IMG/VR virus record: IMGVR_UViG_3300042879_003994
Coordinates: 9,793 to 73,792 of that record
Reading direction: 5' to 3' (one strand)
Source of the DNA: a virus
DNA length: 64,000 nucleotides
In this document: positions 17,632 to 28,461 of the stretch, in pieces
Numbering within the stretch: the first letter of the stretch is position 1
Layout of the letters: each line of letters begins with the position of its first letter
Program-made: the position numbers and the translations under genes
Notes under the pieces: model-generated
What the model was told of the DNA's origin: nothing
Seen by the model: the letters and a program-made list of their open reading frames with translations, nothing else
Databases searched by the model: none

Positions 17632-18336
17632 ATGAATAATCCTTTTGATTTTTTTGAAGAAATTTATTGTATCAATCTTTCATATAGAACCGATAAATGG
17701 AAATCTTGTTTAGCGCAATTTGAAAAATTAGGCATACATAATAGAGTTGAAAGATTTAATGCTATAAAATTTGAAGGCGCACACCCAAATGTTAATATAC
17801 GTTCAGCAGGATGTTTTGCTTCTCATAGAGCCGCAATTAATTTAATTAAAGAACGTAATTTAAATAATGCTTTAATTTTTGAAGATGATGTTGAATTTGT
17901 AAATGATGTAAATAAATATTTACCATTATCGATAGAAGAATTAAAGAAACAAAGCTCATGGGATATATTTTATTTAGGCATGCATGTCGGATATGGATTT
18001 GATATCTCTAGGCCAAATGATATTCCATTACAAAGAGTTAGTCAAAATCTATTACAAGTAAATGTAGCTTTATGCGCTCATGCTCAAGCCTATAGTAGAG
18101 AAGCCGCGGAGATTATTAGTTCAAATATTCCAGAAGGACAGGAGATTATACCTTGGCTTCAAAAAAATGAAAGCGTAGATGGATGGCTAATGAGAAATAT
18201 CTTGCCTAGGAAAAAATCATTTTCTACAAATGAAATACTCGCGACTCAAAAAGAATGTTTTTCAGATAATAACCTAGTGGTTACGAGATTAGACAAACAT
18301 TTTATTAATGAGTTTAATAAGCTTAGACCGCTATGA
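17632..18336 (+). CDS. GT25-family glycosyltransferase
   Basis: YCINL..RTDK, ERFNA, GCFASH, LIFEDD, WDIFYLG. Confidence 0.85.
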   Translation: MNNPFDFFEEIYCINLSYRTDKWKSCLAQFEKLGIHNRVERFNAIKFEGAHPNVNIRSAGCFASHRAAINLIKERNLNNALIFEDDVEFVNDVNKYLPLSIEELKKQSSWDIFYLGMHVGYGFDISRPNDIPLQRVSQNLLQVNVALCAHAQAYSREAAEIISSNIPEGQEIIPWLQKNESVDGWLMRNILPRKKSFSTNEILATQKECFSDNNLVVTRLDKHFINEFNKLRPL

Positions 18337-19145
18337 TTACTTTTTCTAAATTAGGTTATTACGGAGCCATTGGAAATCAATTGTTTCAATATTCTACATT
18401 ATATTCAATAAGTAAATTAAATGGTTATGATATAAAAATTCCAAACACACAAGAACATTTTGAAGAAGCCACTCGAAGAGTTCAACACTATTTCTTAAAT
18501 TGTTTTAAGAATATATATGCCGAAATTTTAAATGAAAGCGATTTGAGCCTGATTAAGCATAAGGCCCATTGGGGATATCCAGCCCTTTTTAATCCAGAAG
18601 TACTTAGGATACCAGATTATACGGATTTAGAGGGTTATTTCCAATCTTATAAATTTTTTGAGGACTTTAAAAGTGATTTACTAGATCAATTTCAGTTTAA
18701 AGATTCCATAGTAGATTCAGTTTCTAATAAATATAATTTTAATTTTGATAACCTTTCTTCAGTTCATCTTAGATGTGGAGATTATATAGGAAGAGATAAT
18801 CATCATCCAATAATGAATAAAGCTTATTACGAGAAAGCTTTTGAAATAGTGAATGTAGAAAATTATTTAGTATTTTCAGATACAATTGATTACGCAAAAC
18901 AAATCTTTAGTAAATTTAAAGATATTAATTTTACATACATAGAGAATAATCATGCATTCGAGGATATGTACATTATGTCTAATTGCCAAAATAATATCTT
19001 AGCAAATAGTAGTTTTGCTTGGTGGTCGGCGTATATAAATAAAAATAATAAAAAAGTAATAGCTCCATCTAATTGGTTTGGACCAGCTTATAATGGTCAA
19101 TGGAAACTCGATGACCTCATTCCCCAAAATTGGACAATATTGTGA
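18333..19145 (+). CDS. GT11-family alpha-1,2-fucosyltransferase-like
   Basis: GNQLFQY, GYFQS, VHLRCGDY, VFSD, NSSFAWWSAY. Confidence 0.9.
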   Translation: MITFSKLGYYGAIGNQLFQYSTLYSISKLNGYDIKIPNTQEHFEEATRRVQHYFLNCFKNIYAEILNESDLSLIKHKAHWGYPALFNPEVLRIPDYTDLEGYFQSYKFFEDFKSDLLDQFQFKDSIVDSVSNKYNFNFDNLSSVHLRCGDYIGRDNHHPIMNKAYYEKAFEIVNVENYLVFSDTIDYAKQIFSKFKDINFTYIENNHAFEDMYIMSNCQNNILANSSFAWWSAYINKNNKKVIAPSNWFGPAYNGQWKLDDLIPQNWTIL

Positions 19146-20011
19146 ATAAAAAAATATGGAACATACTTGATGGTCATTTTGCTCATGAAAAATATTCTGT
19201 AGCTGGAAGAGATTCAGAATATATAATTTGGGATAGGAATCTAACTAATTTAAATAATCCAACGTTTTATTCTCATATGGAGATGTTTAAAATAGACAGC
19301 CTTAATACATTAAGAGACAATTCATATGGTTTAATTTTTGAATCAAGAGGGATTGATCTACAAACATATAATTCTGTAGAACAGTTGATATCAAAGTTTA
19401 ATAAAGTCTTTACTCATAATTCGGAGTTTCTTAAAAAATATCCAAATTGCAAATGGATTCCAGGCGGGGGTATTTGGGTCGGAGGAAGAAAAGACACACC
19501 TCACGCAGAAGGCGAAATAGCCATACAAGAAAAAAGCAAACTCTGCTCAATGGTTTCATCTAACAAACAAATGTGCCAAGGACATATGACAAGATTAGTA
19601 ATCATGTCAGTCTTGAAAGATAATCCCAAGGTTGATAAATTTTTTGGTATAGGTAGTCATCAAGATAATAAAGGATGGATACCTATATTTAGGTCATTAA
19701 AGGATTATATGTATTCTATAGTAGTTGAAAATTTTGTTGATGAACTATACATAACAGAAAGAATATTAAATTGCTTTGCCACGGGTACAATTCCAATATA
19801 TCTAGGAGCATCAAATATAGGCGAAATATTTAATATAGATGGAATTATCCATTTGAATTCATTAAGAAGTGTAGAAGAACTTAATAATTTAATTGATAAT
19901 TTAACTCCAGAATATTATTATAATAGAATGGATGCAATTAAAGACAACTTTGAAAGATGCCTAAAATATAAATCTATAGAAGATTATATATATTCAAACT
20001 ATTTAAAATGA
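19142..20011 (+). CDS. GT10-family alpha-1,3/4-fucosyltransferase-like
   Basis: KDYMYSIVVEN...YITERILNCFATGTIPIYLG; probable GTG start at the GTGA overlap (ORF track start 19130). Confidence 0.85.
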   Translation: MNKKIWNILDGHFAHEKYSVAGRDSEYIIWDRNLTNLNNPTFYSHMEMFKIDSLNTLRDNSYGLIFESRGIDLQTYNSVEQLISKFNKVFTHNSEFLKKYPNCKWIPGGGIWVGGRKDTPHAEGEIAIQEKSKLCSMVSSNKQMCQGHMTRLVIMSVLKDNPKVDKFFGIGSHQDNKGWIPIFRSLKDYMYSIVVENFVDELYITERILNCFATGTIPIYLGASNIGEIFNIDGIIHLNSLRSVEELNNLIDNLTPEYYYNRMDAIKDNFERCLKYKSIEDYIYSNYLK

Positions 20012-20775
20012 GCAAGACAAGCATTAGCGATACTCAGAAATATAAAAATGCATGTAAAATGGCAACGATAAGTGATTTTCATTTTGATTTCTTTAAAAAA
20101 GATCAAGCTTATACAGAAATATTAGAGCATGTAAATCAAGAGCAAGGACAGATGTATAAAGATTATTTAGATATACATTTTTCTGACTATAAAACCAAGC
20201 TAGATAAATTTAAAGAAAACGATATACATGGTAGTCCAGCGGTTTTTAATTATAATGATATAGGATTAATATCGCCAACAACACTAAGATACATTAAGGT
20301 ATTATCAGATCTAAAGAATTTATATGGATCTCTAGATAATTTTAATATCGTAGAGATAGGAGTTGGTTATGGTGGACAATGTAAAATTATAACTGACTTC
20401 TTTAATATTAGCAAATATTATCTAATTGATCTTGATGAGGCGACAGATTTAGCTTTAAAATATCTTAATAAACTTAATGTTAGTAAAGCAGAGGCAATGA
20501 GATTTGATGAAATAGACACAGTAAATTTAAAGTTTGATCTAGTTATAAGTAATTATGCATTTACAGAATTAAATAGAGATATACAAGATATATATTTAAA
20601 AAATATAGTCACACAATCTAGTAGAGGTTATATAACTTGTAATTTCATTAGTCAATATTGCAATATAAATTCTTATTCATTACAAGAGCTAGAACTAAAA
20701 TTAAATCAATTTAATCTTAAAAAGTTTCAAGAATTTCCTTTAACACACAAAGATAATCTTATACTTTGTTGGTAA
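20008..20775 (+). CDS. Putative sugar O-methyltransferase (SAM-dependent)
   Basis: IVEIGVGYGG motif I, LIDL, DLVISNYAFTE. Confidence 0.8.
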   Translation: MSKTSISDTQKYKNACKMATISDFHFDFFKKDQAYTEILEHVNQEQGQMYKDYLDIHFSDYKTKLDKFKENDIHGSPAVFNYNDIGLISPTTLRYIKVLSDLKNLYGSLDNFNIVEIGVGYGGQCKIITDFFNISKYYLIDLDEATDLALKYLNKLNVSKAEAMRFDEIDTVNLKFDLVISNYAFTELNRDIQDIYLKNIVTQSSRGYITCNFISQYCNINSYSLQELELKLNQFNLKKFQEFPLTHKDNLILCW

Positions 20776-20777
20776 AT

Positions 20778-21479
20778 ATGAATTTTACTTTTGGTATTAT
20801 AACGACCAAACAAAATCCAGAATTAGAATTGGAGTCAATTATTAATTCTATTAAAGACTTATCCATACCAAATTATGAAATTATAATAATAGGTGGAAAT
20901 ATTAGTAAGGAATCAGAAAACTTGCAGATTTTTGCGTTCCAAGAGAGCGCAAGCGGAGCATGGATTACAAAGAAAAAAAACTTAATAACAGAAAAAGCTA
21001 AATACGAGAATGTTGTCTATATGCATGATTACATTTTATTTGATAAGGATTGGTATTCAAATTTTATAAAATTTGGAAATGACTTCAACTTATGCATGAA
21101 TCAAATCTTAAATGAAGATGGAAGGAGATATAGAGATTGGACTTTATGGGCAGAATCAGCAGATCAGATTGGAGTACAGAATCCATACTACTTATTACCT
21201 TATGAGATAAAATATCTTTCAAAATTAATGTATTTTTCTGGGGCATATTGGGTAGCTAAAAGAGATGTCATGAAAGAGTTTCCCTTAAATGAAAATTTAT
21301 TTTGGGGGCAAGGCGAAGACGTTGAATGGTCAAAAAGAATCAGAGAAAAATATAATTTTAGTATAAATAAAGATTCGATTGTTAAATTAAATAGATATAA
21401 AGATCCAGCCTTTTTAGCCTGCAATAGACTCGACCACATTAATCAGCTTGATGCCTCAAGAAAATTTCATAATCTATGA
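20778..21479 (+). CDS. GT2-like glycosyltransferase
   Basis: FTFGII, YEIIIIG, KKN...AKYENVVYMHD, GEDVEWS. Confidence 0.75.
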   Translation: MNFTFGIITTKQNPELELESIINSIKDLSIPNYEIIIIGGNISKESENLQIFAFQESASGAWITKKKNLITEKAKYENVVYMHDYILFDKDWYSNFIKFGNDFNLCMNQILNEDGRRYRDWTLWAESADQIGVQNPYYLLPYEIKYLSKLMYFSGAYWVAKRDVMKEFPLNENLFWGQGEDVEWSKRIREKYNFSINKDSIVKLNRYKDPAFLACNRLDHINQLDASRKFHNL

Positions 21480-22417
21480 ATAAGAAAATAACTATAAATT
21501 ATTTTCCGCATTCTAGATTTTACTATGTATTTAGTCTAATTAAAGAACTAGCAAAATTAAGAGATGAAACAAAGTCAATCATCAAAATAAACCTTTTATT
21601 TTCTCATATAGATAATGAAGTAATGCGTATTAGAGACTTGTTTCAAGAGCGTAACATAGAAGCGGAATTATTCGGTATAAATGGTGGAGATTATATGGCA
21701 AAAGTAAATACCGCAATAACTAATACGCAGACTGATTTCTTTGTCAAATTAGATGAAGATGTTTTTCTTTCTAGCGACGTATGGGAATATTTCTTTAATA
21801 ATTATGAGAAATTAAATGATAGTAACGTAGCTTTTATGACTCCTATTTTAAGTACTGGAATACCAACCACAGATAGTTTTATAGAACAATTCTTCAAAGA
21901 AGAAGATAAAAAGAAAATATATGATATTTTTTTAAAAGTTACTTTTGGAGAAATATGGGGAGTAGACTATTCTATATTAAATAAATTTACCATACAAGCC
22001 TCTAAATGGGATTCAAAAGCCTTCTATAAAGAGGTAGCGAATATAAATCATTTCTATAAAGGAATTCATCCAGTAAGATTATCTTCTGAAGCTCAAATCT
22101 TTATAACAGATTATATAATCAATAATATACATAAACTTTTTGAAAATAAAGATTTATCTATATCAAAAGAAAAATTTCCATATCTTTGCAATAATATAGT
22201 CATGCTCAAGACAGATACATTTAAAAAAATCGTAGATGATAAGTCTTTATTTAAAGATGGATTTGATGAAGTGCCAATTAATCTCTATATGCAAAATAAT
22301 AATTTAAATATGTTAATAATTAATAATGGATTTGGAGTACACCCTTCCTATAATACAATAGGCCATCATTATAAACTGATATCAGATAGATTTTTTGAAC
22401 GAATAAATACCCTATGA
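21476..22417 (+). CDS. GT-A fold glycosyltransferase-like
   Basis: FFVKLDEDVF DxD-type motif; cluster context. Confidence 0.6.
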   Translation: MNKKITINYFPHSRFYYVFSLIKELAKLRDETKSIIKINLLFSHIDNEVMRIRDLFQERNIEAELFGINGGDYMAKVNTAITNTQTDFFVKLDEDVFLSSDVWEYFFNNYEKLNDSNVAFMTPILSTGIPTTDSFIEQFFKEEDKKKIYDIFLKVTFGEIWGVDYSILNKFTIQASKWDSKAFYKEVANINHFYKGIHPVRLSSEAQIFITDYIINNIHKLFENKDLSISKEKFPYLCNNIVMLKTDTFKKIVDDKSLFKDGFDEVPINLYMQNNNLNMLIINNGFGVHPSYNTIGHHYKLISDRFFERINTL

Positions 22418-23790
22418 TAAAATTAATTATATTTGATTTAGATGGAGTTTTAATAGACGCAAGAGAAATTCATTACGAAGCTTTAAATAGAGCTATAGCT
22501 TTAGTTGGCAGCGAATTTATTATAAATAAGAAAGAACACTTGTCTACATATGATGGATTGCCAACAAAGAAAAAGCTAGAACTATTAACAAAAAATAAAC
22601 AATTACCACTAGAAAAACATCAGATAATTTGGGACAATAAACAAAAATTTACCATTCAAGTAATAAATGAAACAGTTTCATTTGATACTAGAATTCAAGA
22701 TATATTAAGAAAGTTAAAAGATAAAGGCTACAAAATATATGTTGCATCAAATTCAATAAAAGAAACAATTAAGACAATTCTTCTTAAAAAAGGATTTATG
22801 GAATATATTGATAACTATTATTCCAATGAAGATGTGAAGAATCCAAAACCTAAAGCTGAAATATATCTAAAGTGCATGATAGACGCTGGAGTAGATCCAG
22901 ATGAATGTCTAATAGTCGAAGATTCAATAGTTGGCAGGAAAGCGGCTTTAAAATCTGGAGGAAATCTGCATCCAGTATTAAATACAAGCGATATAGATTT
23001 TGACAAAATAGTAGATAATATTGATAAAATTAACAATAATAAAGTAATGAAGCCTAAATGGAAAGACGATAAAATGAAAGTATTAATTCCAATGGCTGGA
23101 GCAGGAACTAGGTTTGAGAAGGCGGGCTATACATTCCCTAAACCTCTTATAGAAGTAAGAGGAAAGCCTATGATTCAAGTAGTTATTGATTGCATTGGTA
23201 TTGACGCAAAACATGTATTTATTGCTCAAAAAAGTCATTATGAAAAATATAATTTAAAGGATACATTAAATTTAATTAGTCCAAATTGTGAGATAGCATT
23301 AACAGATGGATTAACTGAAGGTGCAGCCTGTACAACTTTATTAGCTAAACAATACATTAACAATGATCAGCCATTACTTATCGCGAACTCAGATCAATAT
23401 GTGGACTGGGATAGTAATGAATTCATGTACTCTATGATGGCAGATAATATTGACGCTGGTATTCTCGTATTTGAATCAACTCATCCTAAATGGAGTTTTG
23501 CTAAATTAGACGAAAATGGATTTGTGTCCAAAGTCGCAGAAAAAAAACCAATAAGTAATTTAGCCACAGTTGGAATCTATTTTTGGAGAAAAGGCTCTGA
23601 TTATGTAAAGTACGCAGAACAAATGATACGTAACAATATTAGAGTAAATAATGAATTTTATGTATGTCCTGTATTTAATGAAGCCATCGCAGACGGCAAA
23701 AAAATAAAAATATTTAAGATAGAAAATGATAAGATGTGGGGTATAGGCACTCCAGAAGATTTAAACTACTTCCTAGAAAATCATAAATAG
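22414..23790 (+). CDS. HAD phosphatase fused to a nucleotidyltransferase-like domain (BcbE-like)
   Basis: FDLDGVL, KP and EDS HAD motifs; IPMAGAGTRF...PKPLI; GTPEDL. Confidence 0.85.
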   Translation: MIKLIIFDLDGVLIDAREIHYEALNRAIALVGSEFIINKKEHLSTYDGLPTKKKLELLTKNKQLPLEKHQIIWDNKQKFTIQVINETVSFDTRIQDILRKLKDKGYKIYVASNSIKETIKTILLKKGFMEYIDNYYSNEDVKNPKPKAEIYLKCMIDAGVDPDECLIVEDSIVGRKAALKSGGNLHPVLNTSDIDFDKIVDNIDKINNNKVMKPKWKDDKMKVLIPMAGAGTRFEKAGYTFPKPLIEVRGKPMIQVVIDCIGIDAKHVFIAQKSHYEKYNLKDTLNLISPNCEIALTDGLTEGAACTTLLAKQYINNDQPLLIANSDQYVDWDSNEFMYSMMADNIDAGILVFESTHPKWSFAKLDENGFVSKVAEKKPISNLATVGIYFWRKGSDYVKYAEQMIRNNIRVNNEFYVCPVFNEAIADGKKIKIFKIENDKMWGIGTPEDLNYFLENHK

Positions 23791-24614
23791 TGAAAGAGTC
23801 TTGTATTATTGCGCCTATTCATGCGCCACATTTCATACCATATGGTATAGACTTTGTACAAAGCTATAATAAATATTACGATGACGGAGATGTATTCTTA
23901 ATATTCTCATCAGAACAAGAAGCTAATATATTTAAAACCATCGCTGGTAATTTAAAATACCAATCTATTATATGTAATGAGGAAATTGGGCCAAGTCCAA
24001 TAACTCAAAAGAAAATCTTTGGATTAAAGTATATATTTAATAATACCAACTTTACTAAAGTTGGAGTTATAGATGTAGACACGGCTTTTATTAAAACAAT
24101 TGATTATGATAGATGCTTTGATGATTTTATAAACAATAAAAAAATATATGCATGTTATTCAACAAAACATCCACATGTTAATTCAATTATAAAAAGCCCT
24201 CTTAAATTTTTTAATCAACAAGATAGTTTACTATTGTCAGAGTTAACTCACAACTTTAAAGGGTATTTCTGGTTTAATGACGTACCAGTTTACAGCAAAG
24301 AATATTTCTTAAATTTTATAGAATATATAAATTATGAAGAAAATAAAAGCAAGCTCGAATATATTGATTTTGATTTTATTATCTATGGATATTATTTATT
24401 AATTAATAATTTAGCTCAGATAGAGTATTTAAAAATTAATGATCAGATCATTGATCTTCCATATGGTTTTTTAGAGCAACAACATCTGGTAAATAATATT
24501 GAATTTGAAAAAATAATTGAGACCTATAAACCCATGTGGCTAAAAATAGACACTCGCCCAGAAACAATGGAAAATGTCTTTATTAGGCTTCATATACATT
24601 CACCATACAAATGA
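23790..24614 (+). CDS. Putative glycosyltransferase
   Basis: VIDVD DxD motif; cluster context. Confidence 0.5.
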   Translation: MKESCIIAPIHAPHFIPYGIDFVQSYNKYYDDGDVFLIFSSEQEANIFKTIAGNLKYQSIICNEEIGPSPITQKKIFGLKYIFNNTNFTKVGVIDVDTAFIKTIDYDRCFDDFINNKKIYACYSTKHPHVNSIIKSPLKFFNQQDSLLLSELTHNFKGYFWFNDVPVYSKEYFLNFIEYINYEENKSKLEYIDFDFIIYGYYLLINNLAQIEYLKINDQIIDLPYGFLEQQHLVNNIEFEKIIETYKPMWLKIDTRPETMENVFIRLHIHSPYK

Positions 24615-25045
24615 AAATTATTTCTCATCGAGGCAATTTAAATGGCCCAGATAACAACAAAGAAAATTCAAAAGAAGCAATAATTGATGCAATGAATCAT
24701 GGTTTTGATGTAGAGATAGACGTATGGAATAAAAATAATAATTGGTATCTAGGTCACGATGAACCTACCTATAAAATAGATCAAAAATTTTTAGAAAATA
24801 AGAAATTATGGTGTCATGCTAAAAATCTAAACGCATTAAATTTAATGTTAAAAAATAAAAAGATACATTGTTTTTGGCATCAAAATGATGATTATACGAT
24901 CACCTCTAAAGGATACATCTGGACATATCCCAAGAAGAATGTCACAGATAGATCGGTAATTGTGTTAATAAGTAAAAACAATAAATTACCAAAATCTTTT
25001 GGTATATGCACGGACTTCCCTTTATTATATCTTAAGTTGATATGA
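24611..25045 (+). CDS. Short glycerophosphodiester phosphodiesterase-like protein
   Basis: ISHRG, ENS, VEIDV, GHD, GICTD. Confidence 0.8.
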   Translation: MKIISHRGNLNGPDNNKENSKEAIIDAMNHGFDVEIDVWNKNNNWYLGHDEPTYKIDQKFLENKKLWCHAKNLNALNLMLKNKKIHCFWHQNDDYTITSKGYIWTYPKKNVTDRSVIVLISKNNKLPKSFGICTDFPLLYLKLI

Positions 25046-26016
25046 ATATCCTTTTAACTGGTGGACATGGCTTTATTGGTTCTAATTTTATTGAATTAAT
25101 AATTAATTTACCACAAGTTAAAAATATAGTTAATATAGATTGTCCCAGCAGATATAACAGCGCAGCAAATAGAAGAAATGTTGAGCCATTTGATAATAAT
25201 CCTAAGTACCATTTTTATGACATGTGGCTTGAGATGCTTAACACACCGGATGATACTAAGAAATTCATTCAAATATTAAAGCAATTTGATATAACTCATA
25301 TTATACATTTCGCTGCAGAAACACATGTAGATACTTCTATAGATGATCCTATGAGATTTATAAAATCAAATATATTAGGGACTTTTAATCTATTAGAGGT
25401 TTGTAAAATATTTCCACACATAAGATTTCATCATATTTCTACAGATGAAGTCTATGGAAGCTTGGGTTTAAATGGCAAATTTACAGAAAAAACTCCATAC
25501 GCACCAAATTCACCCTATTCAGCTTCTAAAGCTTCTAGTGATATGCTTGTCAGAGCTTACTATCATACATATAAAATTCCTATAACAATATCTAATTGCT
25601 CTAACAATTATGGTCCAAATCAAAATTATGAAAAATTCATTCCAGTTGTCATAAGCTCAATTTTGAATAATAAGAAAATACCAGTATATGGAAATGGCAA
25701 GAATATAAGGGATTGGATATATGTCAAAGATCACTGCGAGGCTATTTGGGAAATAGTTATTAGAGGTAAGATTGGAGAAACATACAATGTTGGAGGAGAA
25801 TGCGAAAAGGACAACTTACAGATAATTGATGATATCTGTAAAGTCATGAAAGTAAATCCAAAGGACTATATATCTTTTGTAGAAGATAGGAAAGGTCATG
25901 ATTTTAGATATGCTATAGATAATACCAAGATAAATAAAGAGTTAAGTTGGTATCCTACAACTAAATTTGAGGATGGGCTAAAACAAACTATTGATTTTTA
26001 TAAAAGAATATACTAA
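25042..26016 (+). CDS. rfbB: dTDP-glucose 4,6-dehydratase
   Basis: GGHGFIG, HFAAETHVD, STDEVYG, YSASK, SNNYGP, RDWIYV, DRKGHDFRY. Confidence 0.92.
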   Translation: MNILLTGGHGFIGSNFIELIINLPQVKNIVNIDCPSRYNSAANRRNVEPFDNNPKYHFYDMWLEMLNTPDDTKKFIQILKQFDITHIIHFAAETHVDTSIDDPMRFIKSNILGTFNLLEVCKIFPHIRFHHISTDEVYGSLGLNGKFTEKTPYAPNSPYSASKASSDMLVRAYYHTYKIPITISNCSNNYGPNQNYEKFIPVVISSILNNKKIPVYGNGKNIRDWIYVKDHCEAIWEIVIRGKIGETYNVGGECEKDNLQIIDDICKVMKVNPKDYISFVEDRKGHDFRYAIDNTKINKELSWYPTTKFEDGLKQTIDFYKRIY

Positions 26017-26024
26017 AATAACTT

Positions 26025-27164
26025 ATGAGCATCAATATTCAAGAGACCTATTATGGTAAAAAAATAGATACTTGTAATATATTAAATATCGAAGATGCAA
26101 GTAAATTAATTAAAAACAAGAATGTAATTGTTATAACTGGTGTTACTGGGCAAGATGGAAGCCATATGGTAGATTTTCTACTTAAGAATACTGATTATCT
26201 CATATTTGGTGGAGTTCGAAGATTAAGCGTATATAATCACGAAAACATTAGACACATTAAATCTGATAGATTTCATTTAATAAATTTTGATTTAACAGAT
26301 TCTCACGCCATAGCTAGAACAGTAGAAAAATTAAAACCAGATTACTTTATTAATTTTGCTGCACAAAGTTTTGTAGCTAGTAGTTGGGACTTTGCTCGTC
26401 AGACTTGGGCAACAAATTCAACCGCTGTTTTAGATATCTTAGAAGCGATTAGATTATATAAACCTTCTTGTAGACTTTATCAGGCTGGATCAAGTGAGGA
26501 ATTTGGAAATGTTCAATATACTCCTCAAGACGAAAATCATCCACTTAAACCAAGAAGTCCATATGGAGCAAGTAAAGCTGCCTCTAGACAATTAGTTAAA
26601 GTATATAGAGAGTCTTATAATATCTATGCAATTCAAGGTTGGCTTTTTAATCACGAAGGTATTAGAAGGGGCGAGGAATTTGTAACAAGAAAAATAACAA
26701 AAAATGTAGCTAGAATCTACCACGCAATAAAAAGTAATAAACAATTCGAACCATTAGAACTTGGAAATATAGAAGCTAAAAGAGATTGGAGCGATGCGGA
26801 GGATTTTGTAGAGGGAGTATGGATGATGTTAAACCAAGATAAATATAATTCAAATTATGATGGTATACCAAAAGAATATATATTCTCATCAAATGAAACA
26901 CATACGATTAAAGAATTTGCAGAAAAAGCATTTAAATTTGCAGGAATAGAAGGCGAATGGATTGGTAAAGATGAACATACTGTATTCGTAGATCGCAGCA
27001 AGAGAATATTAATACAAATAAATCCTAAATTCTACAGGCCAGCAGAAGTAGATATTCTATTAGGAAATTCTGATAAAGCAAGACAAGAGTTAAATTGGAA
27101 GCCAAAGATTTCATTTGACAAACTAATCAAAAAGATGGTAGAATGGGATATATCTAATGTCTAG
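26025..27164 (+). CDS. gmd: GDP-mannose 4,6-dehydratase
   Basis: TGVTGQDGS, AAQSFV, PRSPYGASK, FNHE, FVTRKI, GNIEAKRDW, YRPAEV. Confidence 0.95.
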   Translation: MSINIQETYYGKKIDTCNILNIEDASKLIKNKNVIVITGVTGQDGSHMVDFLLKNTDYLIFGGVRRLSVYNHENIRHIKSDRFHLINFDLTDSHAIARTVEKLKPDYFINFAAQSFVASSWDFARQTWATNSTAVLDILEAIRLYKPSCRLYQAGSSEEFGNVQYTPQDENHPLKPRSPYGASKAASRQLVKVYRESYNIYAIQGWLFNHEGIRRGEEFVTRKITKNVARIYHAIKSNKQFEPLELGNIEAKRDWSDAEDFVEGVWMMLNQDKYNSNYDGIPKEYIFSSNETHTIKEFAEKAFKFAGIEGEWIGKDEHTVFVDRSKRILIQINPKFYRPAEVDILLGNSDKARQELNWKPKISFDKLIKKMVEWDISNV

Positions 27165-28461
27165 AAAAGAAAAAATACTAAATTTCTTGCTTTCTCTTGA
27201 GAATGAGGAGAATCTATTCATACCTCAATTCTGTCATAATTTAAAAGATGTTAAAAATAAAGTATACTATGGTGGACCATCATATACAAAAGAAGAAATT
27301 GTAGAAGCAATAGACACATTGTTATTTGGAAAATGGCTTGCTAGTGGCGAAAATGTAGCCAAATTTGAAAAAGAATTCTCTAAAAAAATTAATCAAAAAT
27401 ATTCTGTAATGGTAAATTCTGGAAGCTCTGCCAATTTAGTTATGATCGCAGCACTTAAGAAGCATCTCAATTGGAAAGACGAGGATGAAATATTAATATC
27501 TGTAGTCGGTTTTCCTACAACACTAAATCCAGTTATTCAGAATAATTTAAAGCCAGTATTTGTAGATATTGAATTTGAAACGTTAAATTTTGATCTAAAT
27601 CAATTAGAAGCAAAAATTACAAAAAACACTAAAGCAATATTTATATCGCCAGTATTAGGAAATCCGCCAGATTTTGATAAACTAATTGAAATTTCAAAAA
27701 AGCATAATATACATTTAATACTTGATGGATGCGATAGTTTTGGAAGTAAATGGGATGGTAAACATTTAAATGAATATTGTATAGCTTCAAGTTGTTCTTT
27801 TTATCCAGCGCATCATCTTACTACTGGAGAAGGTGGCATGGTCTCTTCTGATATAGAAGAAGTAGTAAATCTAGCGAGGAGTTTTGCGTGGTGGGGCAGA
27901 GACTGTTATTGTATAGGTAGTTGCAATTTATTAAAGAATGGAAGCTGTAATCAAAGATTTTCGAATTGGATTAAGGAAATTCCATATAACATTGACCATA
28001 AATACTTCTTTACGCAAATTGGCTACAATCTAAAACCTCTTGATTTACAAGGAGCTATAGGTCTAGTTCAATTAAAAAAGATGCAAGAATTTCATCTAAA
28101 AAGAGTCTCCAATAAAGATAAAATTCAAAATATTCTTAGTAGATTAGATGGACTTAAGTTTCCCTCTTTTTTTCCTAAAGCAGACATATCTTGGTTTGGA
28201 GTCCCAATTATTTGTAGCGATTATCTATCAAAAAATAAACTAGTTAATTACTTGGAAGAAAATGGTATACAAACAAGAAATTACTTCGCTGGAAATATCT
28301 TGGTGCATCCAGCATATAAGCATCTAGAAAATTGGGAAAGCTATACGAATGCAAATGCGGTGCTAGAAAAAGTATTTTTTGTTGGATGCTCTCCAACTAT
28401 AAGCGAAAGCAATATAGAGTATTTGGCAAGTGTTATTGATAGATATGATACCAAAGATTGA
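27157..28461 (+). CDS. rfbH: NDP-4-keto-6-deoxyhexose 3-dehydratase (RfbH/DdhC-like)
   Basis: SFYPAHHLTTGEGG (His in place of the PLP Lys), GRDCYC...C Fe-S motif, HKYFF..GYNLK. Confidence 0.85.
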   Translation: MSRKEKILNFLLSLENEENLFIPQFCHNLKDVKNKVYYGGPSYTKEEIVEAIDTLLFGKWLASGENVAKFEKEFSKKINQKYSVMVNSGSSANLVMIAALKKHLNWKDEDEILISVVGFPTTLNPVIQNNLKPVFVDIEFETLNFDLNQLEAKITKNTKAIFISPVLGNPPDFDKLIEISKKHNIHLILDGCDSFGSKWDGKHLNEYCIASSCSFYPAHHLTTGEGGMVSSDIEEVVNLARSFAWWGRDCYCIGSCNLLKNGSCNQRFSNWIKEIPYNIDHKYFFTQIGYNLKPLDLQGAIGLVQLKKMQEFHLKRVSNKDKIQNILSRLDGLKFPSFFPKADISWFGVPIICSDYLSKNKLVNYLEENGIQTRNYFAGNILVHPAYKHLENWESYTNANAVLEKVFFVGCSPTISESNIEYLASVIDRYDTKD

